Positions 36,065-42,699 of a stretch of DNA of 42,699 nt are shown here, piece after piece. The position numbers were made by a program, and so were the translations under genes. Every line of letters begins with the position of its first letter. Within the stretch, counting starts at the first letter, position 1. Source of the DNA: Candidatus Woesearchaeota archaeon (GTDB lineage: Archaea; Nanobdellota; Nanobdellia; SCGC-AAA011-G17; ARS1403); assembly GCA_016181275.1 (NCBI GenBank), contig JACOZQ010000029.1, forward strand, positions 696-43,394, given 5' to 3'. The notes below the pieces were generated by a model, which saw nothing but the letters and a program-made list of their open reading frames with translations, was not told the DNA's origin and ran no database searches.

Positions 36065-36689
36065 GATATGTTTGAATTTCCTTTTTTCCTTTTCTTGCCT
36101 GCCTCTGGTCGAAGCTCATTACTTCCATCCTTTCCTGGTGCTGGATAAATTCTTCTCTCTCGCTATATTGATTTACACTAAAGTTATCTGCTTCCATATA
36201 TTCTTTTCTATCTCCGGCCTGTCTTCTTATTGCTTCCTTTGATTCTGCTGTCGTAATAAAACCAGTTCTTGTTGTTAATCCAGATGTTTCCAGCTTGCTT
36301 GAAAAATCACCTTTGGTCATTATATAATCTGATTTTACATTCGCTCCGTAATCATCATTGTAACCTCTTTGAGTTATTTGCTGAGTTGCCGGAACCTGAG
36401 CTGGAGCCGCTGCAACCCTCATCCTGGACCTTGATTGATAATCTCGCAATTGTATTGTCTCTGTTGGAGCCATTCTACTTGGGATGGATATGGACTGAGC
36501 TATCTGCTCTAATGAAGGAATTTTTGCCTCTGATTTTTTTCCTTCTTTTTCTTTCCTGCTGAATTTTTCAATCAGCTTTTCCAGCTCTATTAAAATTTTT
36601 TTATCTTTAATTTCTCTTTTTAACTTCTGCAAATATTTCAAAGGGTCTTTTTCTTTTTCCAATTGCTTGAGAATTTCTTTAATGTCCAT
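36054..36689 (-). CDS. Hypothetical protein (Lys/Glu-rich N-terminus, low-complexity remainder)
   Basis: 211-aa ORF overlapping the start of the TIM-barrel gene by 11 bp. Confidence 0.65.
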   Translation of the reverse strand: MDIKEILKQLEKEKDPLKYLQKLKREIKDKKILIELEKLIEKFSRKEKEGKKSEAKIPSLEQIAQSISIPSRMAPTETIQLRDYQSRSRMRVAAAPAQVPATQQITQRGYNDDYGANVKSDYIMTKGDFSSKLETSGLTTRTGFITTAESKEAIRRQAGDRKEYMEADNFSVNQYSEREEFIQHQERMEVMSFDQRQARKGKKEIQTYHGR

Positions 36690-36741
36690 AACATATTACA
36701 AGAGAAGTGTTTATTTAAAATTATTGATTTATTTTTTAATT

Positions 36742-38451
36742 TTATTCTGTTATCATTCCATGGGATTTCTTATAAACATTATATATTAAATAAGAAGAAA
36801 CTGCTGCACTTCTTTTTGCTGAATTCCTTGTCATTGCTGCAACTTTTTCCTTTTCCATTTTCGGCTTCCAGAGATTTTTCAATGGATCTGTAATTTCATC
36901 AAAGCCTTTTGCTATTGCTTCAAATGGAGCAAATTTTTCTTTGGGCCTTAATTCTTTTTCCAGCTCTTTTATTTCCTTTTGGACTCTTTCTGCTGTTCTT
37001 TTGTCGTCGATAGTGTTCAACAATTCTTGCAGTTTTTCCAGTCTTTCTTCTTTAGTCTCGGGAAGATTTTCATCCCTGTCAAGATATTTGCTTATCTCTT
37101 CTTGGATTGCTTCCAATGAATCATGAGTCATGCTTTGTATCAATTCCAATCCTTGATATAACTCTTCTTTCTCAACTGCATCTACCTCATCCTGGTCAAG
37201 TCCAAATGCCCTGAATTTTATGTAAACTTTTCCTCCCTGAGCATAATGCGTTCCTGATTCTCCTCTTGTTATTGTGTGTGGTATAGTTCTAAAAACCATT
37301 GTTACTTCAACGCATGCATATAAACCCTTGTCCAATTTTACGGCAGCATATTTATTTTTTATAAAAGGCCTTGTTGAGACTATTGCTTCAGGTTTTACAG
37401 ATCTTTTTCCGAAAACACTTAACTGAACCTGCATGTTATTAAAGATTGAAACTAAATTTGGAGTCCTGTAATCCGATGCTGTTAATTGCTGAGCTGTTTT
37501 CAAATAAGGACGAGCCCACTGAGAATATAACTTCAATGAATTCACTTGCGATTTCAAATATGACTTTTCTATTTTATATCTTCTTGTCAATTCTGCTTCA
37601 GATAATTTTTCCCAAGCCAGATATTCCTGCAACCTGGGAGCTAAGATTCTCTTTACCCTGTCATTCAGATCCATGTCATCAACATTTTCAACAGATTCTG
37701 CTGTCATGAACGCATCTCTTAAAGTTACAAACTGCAGCTGCTGAGCCAGCATATTAATGCTCCCCCTACCTCTTTGCATATCAACCCTATCCATCCAAAT
37801 CTGTTTTAATGACAAGCGAGCATTTTTCTTTTCAACATCATTATCTGATTTTAATTTTTTATATAAATCAAGCCTTTGGTCAAACTCCTTCAAATCATAA
37901 AGAATATTTATTATTGATCTTACAACTGAATTTATTGTCGTGAGCATCTTCATAGCACGATCTTGCATTATCGAAGCTCTTGTTCCCAGATCGCCGAAAA
38001 AACCAGAGCCTACTGATCCTTGGAATTCATCAAGAGTTTTCTGAACATCCATTCCCAATCCCCAATAATTATCCCTCATCCAATCAACAATCCAAAAATA
38101 AACTGGCTCTAATCCCTCTGAAAAAGAATCATAAATCAATGTGTAGCCTACTTCATTATCGATGAATTTCTCTACATCGCTTAAAGACCTAATATCAGAA
38201 TAATTTTTCCCGATTGCATATCCCATTTTTGTCAATCCCTGCTCTACCTGGTCTTTCATCTCTCCAGGAACCGTATTAATTAATTCTTTTACTATTCTCT
38301 TCTCCATCTCCTCTTTTGAAAGATTCCTGTATTTTTGAGAATAAAACCTTATCAATGCCCTTTTTACAGTCGATTCTGAGAATTTTTTTTCCTGCAACTT
38401 TTCAAATTCTTTTTCGCTTTTGTTTTTGGATTCTGATTTCGCTTCTGGCAT
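36742..38451 (-). CDS. Large hypothetical helical protein
   Basis: 569-aa ORF with GAGGTTGA SD; motif-like blocks LEPVYFW, LKQIWMDRVD, LRDAF, LKLYSQWARPYL, YKKSHGM; function not recognised. Confidence 0.75.
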   Translation of the reverse strand: MPEAKSESKNKSEKEFEKLQEKKFSESTVKRALIRFYSQKYRNLSKEEMEKRIVKELINTVPGEMKDQVEQGLTKMGYAIGKNYSDIRSLSDVEKFIDNEVGYTLIYDSFSEGLEPVYFWIVDWMRDNYWGLGMDVQKTLDEFQGSVGSGFFGDLGTRASIMQDRAMKMLTTINSVVRSIINILYDLKEFDQRLDLYKKLKSDNDVEKKNARLSLKQIWMDRVDMQRGRGSINMLAQQLQFVTLRDAFMTAESVENVDDMDLNDRVKRILAPRLQEYLAWEKLSEAELTRRYKIEKSYLKSQVNSLKLYSQWARPYLKTAQQLTASDYRTPNLVSIFNNMQVQLSVFGKRSVKPEAIVSTRPFIKNKYAAVKLDKGLYACVEVTMVFRTIPHTITRGESGTHYAQGGKVYIKFRAFGLDQDEVDAVEKEELYQGLELIQSMTHDSLEAIQEEISKYLDRDENLPETKEERLEKLQELLNTIDDKRTAERVQKEIKELEKELRPKEKFAPFEAIAKGFDEITDPLKNLWKPKMEKEKVAAMTRNSAKRSAAVSSYLIYNVYKKSHGMITE

Positions 38452-38523
38452 ATCAACCTCTTCTGTTTAGTAATTGCTAATCTTATAAAAACCTTTTTAT
38501 ATAATAAATGTTTCCATATTATC

Positions 38524-38868
38524 ATGGGAATTTTCAGCATACTTGCTTTCTGGAGAAAAAAAGAGAAAGATGACAACGTTGGAAATGAGAATGAGCAGGA
38601 CTTTGAATATGGCGAGCAGCAGACAGAAATTCCTCCCTGGAATAATGAGTATGACAACACTGGAATGAAAAGAAAAAATTTCCAGCAGGAGAATATTCAA
38701 AGAGAATGGCAACAGCCAATGCAGCAATCACAGCAAGGTTATGGAAATGGTCATGAGATAATACTTGCAAAACTTGACGTGATAAATATAAAATTAGACA
38801 GCTTAAACCAGAGGCTTGCTAATCTAGAAAGATATGCCGCTGAAGATGAGAAGAAATCGAGATGGTAA
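38524..38868 (+). CDS. Hypothetical protein with C-terminal coiled coil
   Basis: Q/E-rich middle, EIILAKLDVINIKLDSLNQRLANLE; overlaps the lspA start. Confidence 0.65.
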   Translation: MGIFSILAFWRKKEKDDNVGNENEQDFEYGEQQTEIPPWNNEYDNTGMKRKNFQQENIQREWQQPMQQSQQGYGNGHEIILAKLDVINIKLDSLNQRLANLERYAAEDEKKSRW

Positions 38869-39251
38869 AAAAACTTTATTTAATTGCATTGCTTGTTTTC
38901 TTGATTGATAGGATTTTTAAAATTATTTTCATTGAAAATGAATTTTTTATTTTTAAATTCAGCTTGAATACGGGCGCTGCTTTCGGACTGCTGAAAAATT
39001 TCAATACATTTCTGATCTTTTTTGGAATAATTGTAATTGGAATTATTTTGTATCATAGAAATGAAAAAAAGCTACAAGTTGGAATGGGATTTCTGCTAGG
39101 AGGTGTTGTTAGCAATGTTCTCGACAGGATTTTTTATCATGGAGTTATTGATTACATCCATTTAGATTTCATAAATAATGTTTTTAATTTGGCAGATGTT
39201 GCAAATGTAATAGGAGCATTAATTTTAGCTTGTCATTTTTGGAAGGAATAG
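38862..39251 (+). CDS. lspA: Signal peptidase II (lipoprotein signal peptidase), compact form
   Basis: DRIFK, NTGAAFG, GGVVSNVLDRI, GVIDYI, VFNLAD with both catalytic Asp residues; four TM segments. Confidence 0.88.
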   Translation: MVKKLYLIALLVFLIDRIFKIIFIENEFFIFKFSLNTGAAFGLLKNFNTFLIFFGIIVIGIILYHRNEKKLQVGMGFLLGGVVSNVLDRIFYHGVIDYIHLDFINNVFNLADVANVIGALILACHFWKE

Positions 39252-39282
39252 ATTTAAAAATTTATTTTCTTAAAGATTATTT

Positions 39283-39504
39283 ATGGAGATAGGCTATTTA
39301 AGATGTATTGATGGAGATTTAATTCCTTTGAGATTCTCTGGTCAAGACGAGCTTGAAAAATTTCGTGAAACTTTAATTGATGTAATGAATGATGATTATT
39401 GGCTTAGAAGTCATGGCTTTGATGGGAAGAGATATGAGCCAGATTCTGCTGAAATTGGAAGGGTATTATATTCTGAAATTTATGGTGAAGAAGAATTATC
39501 CTAA
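39283..39504 (+). CDS. Hypothetical small protein
   Basis: 73-aa ORF with ATG about 25 bp after TTTAAAAA. Confidence 0.5.
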   Translation: MEIGYLRCIDGDLIPLRFSGQDELEKFRETLIDVMNDDYWLRSHGFDGKRYEPDSAEIGRVLYSEIYGEEELS

Positions 39505-39768
39505 TTTCTTGAATTCTTTTTCTCCTTTTATTTTTTTTTCTATGACTTTAATGTTTTCAACTTTAGCTCCCGCTGGTCCTTTCTTGCATAACTTGATAAT
39601 TTTTTTCAGATCTGTTTCTTCGCCTTCAAATACAGCTTCTACTTTTTCATTGTTCCTGTTTTTTACATAACCTTTCAATCCCAAATTAACTGCATTTTCA
39701 AAAATAAATCTCCTGAAGAAAACACCTTGAACTCTTCCAGAAATTATTATTTTATTTCTTTTTAGCAT
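39496..39768 (-). CDS. acyP: Acylphosphatase
   Basis: ISGRVQGVFFR, GYVKN, VEAVFEG, GPAGAKV. Confidence 0.93.
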   Translation of the reverse strand: MLKRNKIIISGRVQGVFFRRFIFENAVNLGLKGYVKNRNNEKVEAVFEGEETDLKKIIKLCKKGPAGAKVENIKVIEKKIKGEKEFKKLG

Positions 39769-40270
39769 TATAATTTTTCCAGCTCATTTTTGAAGTTAAA
39801 TATATTATATTCCTATTCCGATTCCTTATACTTCTTAAATTTTCTAATTTATTTAATGCTTCTTTCTTATTCAAAATTTTTGCTAAAGTGAATACAATAA
39901 GGAAAAATGTGCTAAAATAAATTTCTATTTTTTCCCTAGAATGATGATTTAATTTATGATCATCTGTTATCAATGAGAATTTTTCTTTTAATGCTAAATT
40001 AAACAATTCGTTATCTGTTTTTTCTAAGAAAATTATTTCTTCTATAATTTCAGCATTTTTAATTATAAATTTACTTTTATTTTTTAAAACTTTATTTGCT
40101 ATTTTACCTGCTTTGTCTTTATGTCTAGAAAACTCCCGCAATTCATTAACCACAGAATTTGTTGTAATTATCTTAAAATTCTTTAATACTTCATTTAGAA
40201 GATCAATTGCTTCTAAACTAATAAATGCTGATGTATCAACTATTAGTTCTTTTTTTGAGAATTCTTGCAT
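39752..40270 (-). CDS. PIN-domain (VapC-like) ribonuclease
   Basis: IVDTSAFI, VVNEL, TDNEL, LITDD acidic quartet. Confidence 0.85.
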   Translation of the reverse strand: MQEFSKKELIVDTSAFISLEAIDLLNEVLKNFKIITTNSVVNELREFSRHKDKAGKIANKVLKNKSKFIIKNAEIIEEIIFLEKTDNELFNLALKEKFSLITDDHKLNHHSREKIEIYFSTFFLIVFTLAKILNKKEALNKLENLRSIRNRNRNIIYLTSKMSWKNYNAKKK

Positions 40271-40553
40271 ATTTCTTACCAATACTTACTGTTTTCTTAG
40301 CAGTTTGCAATGTTGACTGCATTTCTTCAGCAATTTCTTTCCCTACAAGCATCTTAAGTTGATTTGTTGATACTATTCCACTAGTATAAAGTGTGCTTAA
40401 TTCCATTAATAACTTATTTTTCTCTTTATGCACTTCTTCAGCCAGTTTAGTTTTGACCCATTCAGATTTGTTTACTTTTAGAAGATTAGAAATTATATCC
40501 AAATCTTGCATTAAGTCCTTTGGCATTCTTAGATTAAATTGTTCAGTTTTCAT
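40236..40553 (-). CDS. Putative antitoxin with N-terminal ribbon-helix-helix
   Basis: MKTEQFNLRMPKDL...VNKSEWVK; directly upstream of and overlapping the PIN gene. Confidence 0.75.
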   Translation of the reverse strand: MKTEQFNLRMPKDLMQDLDIISNLLKVNKSEWVKTKLAEEVHKEKNKLLMELSTLYTSGIVSTNQLKMLVGKEIAEEMQSTLQTAKKTVSIGKKYARILKKRTNS

Positions 40554-40597
40554 ATGTTATTATATGATAGCAAATGCTATATAAACTTTTCTATGAA

Positions 40598-41197
40598 TCA
40601 TTTCTTTTTAGCATAGATATTTATCCAGGAAAAATCTTCTCCGTCTTGCGTAAAACTGTTTAAAATTTCAAAGCCTGCCATCTTGAATAAATTTTCCAGC
40701 TCATGCTGCTCAAAAAATGAAACCTTTATCTGTGACTTCCCTAGCTTCTCATATTCTATAATTTGCTCTCCTTCGCCATGCCTGACTGATACAAAAATAA
40801 TGCCTTCTTTTTTCAAAATATTATTTATTGATTCTAAAATTTTTTGCATGTCTTTTTTTTCTGCATACGAAAGAGCATCCAATGCCCATATGCCATCAAA
40901 TGACTGATCTTTGAAATTTAGCGATTCAATGTACATGATTTTAAAATCGCCATTAGGAACTCTTTTTTTTGCTTCATTTATCATGTTCTCACTTGCATCA
41001 ATTCCAATCGGCTGCAGACCATAGTCCAGGAAGTATTGAACATCTCTTCCTGAGCCGCATGCCAAGTCAAGGATTTCCGATTTTTTCGGAATTAGAGAAA
41101 TAAATCTATTCAACTCATATTGTAAAATGTTTGAAAATGTAAAGTCTGCGTACTGCTCTGCAAAATTATCAAATGATTTTATTGTTTCAATATTCAT
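40598..41197 (-). CDS. Class I SAM methyltransferase
   Basis: ILDLACGSGRD, GIDASENMI, FDGIWA; resembles the split methyltransferase at 14682-15294. Confidence 0.88.
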   Translation of the reverse strand: MNIETIKSFDNFAEQYADFTFSNILQYELNRFISLIPKKSEILDLACGSGRDVQYFLDYGLQPIGIDASENMINEAKKRVPNGDFKIMYIESLNFKDQSFDGIWALDALSYAEKKDMQKILESINNILKKEGIIFVSVRHGEGEQIIEYEKLGKSQIKVSFFEQHELENLFKMAGFEILNSFTQDGEDFSWINIYAKKK

Positions 41198-41273
41198 TTA
41201 AATAGCTTCTATGTGGTAAATTTATATAGATTGTGGGTCTTTAAAGCAATAAAGCAATAATGCAAATAGTAAA

Positions 41274-41588
41274 ATGGATAAAAAAAGTTTGGAAAAGAAA
41301 ATCGAAAAGAGCTTTGTTAAAGACCTTTGCCTATCATTATATTCCAATCTTCAGCTGAATGGAGCTCCAATTAGAATAAAAACTTCTGCTGCCAAAACTG
41401 CTTCTTGTTCAGAGCACAGGAAAGGCAATTTGATAGGGGTATTTTCTTCAAGATTTAATTCTTATGACTCTGGAAACTCTCCAAAATATGAAATATTTAG
41501 TGAATATAAATTAAGAGACCCTATTGGTTATGAAAAATTAGTGGAGAATATACTAGAATCTGTGAATAGTTTTGGGATGAAAGTTTAA
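41274..41588 (+). CDS. Hypothetical protein
   Basis: 104-aa ORF with ATG start; no recognised motif. Confidence 0.45.
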   Translation: MDKKSLEKKIEKSFVKDLCLSLYSNLQLNGAPIRIKTSAAKTASCSEHRKGNLIGVFSSRFNSYDSGNSPKYEIFSEYKLRDPIGYEKLVENILESVNSFGMKV

Positions 41589-42022
41589 TTCTTTAATCTT
41601 CTTTCCTTTGGAATATAATTCAAGATTTTCCCATCCTTGTATTTTCCAGAGCCGTAGAAATCATTCTTATTTTTTATGATTACAAATCCATGAAATTCTT
41701 TTTCAGAGTTTATATCTTTTCCATATGTCCAATCAGCTAAACTCTCATTGCCAATTTCTAAAATATTTTTCTTAGAATTTTTTCCGATTAACTGCGAGCC
41801 TTCTATTGTCAATCTTATTTCCGGCTCTAAATTTGCAAAATACAATCCTAGAGAATTAATTTTAATTTTTGAGAAATCAATCTCCAAATCTTTGTTCAAA
41901 ATAAATATCTTTTTCTTATTATTCATGAAGAAATTGTAATCTAACTTTCCTGAAAAACCAAACTGCTCTTCCAGCTGCTTTAACAGAATTTTTTTTTCTT
42001 TGCTCCTTAACCTTTCTAACAT
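41585..42022 (-). CDS. NIP7 / RsmF C-terminal PUA-like RNA-binding protein
   Basis: LEEQFG, KINSLGLYFA, IRLTIEGSQLIG, W..GKDI, FYGSGK, ILNYIPKERR. Confidence 0.75.
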   Translation of the reverse strand: MLERLRSKEKKILLKQLEEQFGFSGKLDYNFFMNNKKKIFILNKDLEIDFSKIKINSLGLYFANLEPEIRLTIEGSQLIGKNSKKNILEIGNESLADWTYGKDINSEKEFHGFVIIKNKNDFYGSGKYKDGKILNYIPKERRLKN

Positions 42023-42053
42023 CAACAAAAATAGATAGAATTAGTTTAAAAAG

Positions 42054-42347
42054 TTATTTCGAGTAAAAAGCTAGGCCTGCTAAACTAGTCAAAATTCCGA
42101 TTGCTGTCCATTTGATTCTTTGTTTATTCCTATCTTCTTCAGTTATTCCTCTTCTTGTTAAAGAATCTTCAAGATGATATAATGGCCCAATAACTTGCTC
42201 TTCTAAAAACATCCTCATTCTAGTGTACAAATCAAGACTTGATCTTGGCTCTACTAATCTTCCAACATATCTTAAATTTTCTAATCTTTCTTGATCTGTT
42301 GAATTCTGGTCTAATGGGAAATGAAACATTCTGTCTGACATTTTCAA
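42054..42347 (-). CDS. Hypothetical tail-anchored membrane protein
   Basis: C-terminal hydrophobic helix WTAIGILTSLAGLAFY. Confidence 0.55.
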   Translation of the reverse strand: MKMSDRMFHFPLDQNSTDQERLENLRYVGRLVEPRSSLDLYTRMRMFLEEQVIGPLYHLEDSLTRRGITEEDRNKQRIKWTAIGILTSLAGLAFYSK

Positions 42348-42586
42348 GCTAAATATAATCTTTCATATCTTTCTATTGTTTCTCTTGGCGCTTCAGGATA
42401 ATTTATCTTTTCTATATCTTTATTTTTATAATTATTATTATCATCGTTGTTGCTGAGAAATGCACCAAGAATTAATCCTGAAAACATCACTAGTGAAGTC
42501 AATAAAACTTTTTTTCTAGAAGGCCTTTCAAACAAGCCAAGGTCTTCTTCTGTATCCATTAAAGGAATTCCTCTTATTGTTATCAT
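42344..42586 (-). CDS. Hypothetical single-TM protein
   Basis: RKKVLLTSLVMFSGLILGAFL segment. Confidence 0.55.
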   Translation of the reverse strand: MITIRGIPLMDTEEDLGLFERPSRKKVLLTSLVMFSGLILGAFLSNNDDNNNYKNKDIEKINYPEAPRETIERYERLYLA

Positions 42587-42594
42587 TTCACTTC

Positions 42595-42699
42595 TTAAGC
42601 TATCCTTTCATCCAGCCTTACTTCTTTCTGCTTCTTCATCTTTTCCTGAAATTCTTTTGCCTGCTTTTCAAGATCGACTCCAAGTTTCTTCAACGATTC
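42595..42699 (-). CDS. C-terminal fragment of a gene starting outside the window
   Basis: Open frame ESLKKLGVDLEKQAKEFQEKMKKQKEVRLDERIA*. Confidence 0.5.
   Translation of the reverse strand, partial: ESLKKLGVDLEKQAKEFQEKMKKQKEVRLDERIA

Noticed and set aside
39752-40553. PIN/RHH pair as a novel system
   Set aside because: Ordinary VapBC-like arrangement, common in archaea.
4364-41939. Numerous 60-130 aa ORFs antisense to or nested in long genes (e.g. 4364-5722, 12822-13175, 18140-18410, 34030-38165)
   Set aside because: Ser/Phe/Leu/Ile-rich translations typical of the reverse strand of Lys/Glu-rich AT-biased genes; no independent signals.
1-42699. Circular element, suggested by the NOP2/RsmB gene at the left end and the NIP7/PUA-like gene at the right end
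   Set aside because: The ends show no sequence overlap and the partial ORFs at each edge do not join; ribosomal protein and tRNA genes indicate chromosome.

Overview
AT-rich archaeal chromosomal segment. Archaeal markers are rpl35ae, rpl10e/uL16, single-subunit Elp3, BRE/TATA promoters and a tRNA-Val with a bulge-helix-bulge-type intron. The gene content suggests a DPANN lineage such as Pace-/Woesearchaeota (inference). Housekeeping and RNA/protein-modification genes include a NOP2/RsmB methyltransferase, Elp3 with a Trm9-like methyltransferase, Pcm and two tRNAs. The window also holds a five-gene late purine cluster (purE-purC-purB-purO-purH), two bacterial-type envelope enzymes (soluble lytic transglycosylase, signal peptidase II), two paralogous nucleotidyltransferase/HEPN-like proteins, a PIN toxin-antitoxin pair and many hypothetical genes. 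The most striking element is a tightly coupled minus-strand operon at 24131-30253: RHH regulator, HExxH-metallopeptidase/vWA protein, tagged protein A, tagged protein B, MoxR AAA+ ATPase, tagged proteins C and D. All four accessory proteins begin with the same short N-terminal peptide, M-P/I-I-D-D/N-A-L-G-N/K-I/F, conserved at protein level through synonymous DNA changes. Several genes carry indels, mostly at homopolymers, or apparent deletions, so assembly error must be considered. No CRISPR array, integrase, transposase or rRNA was seen.
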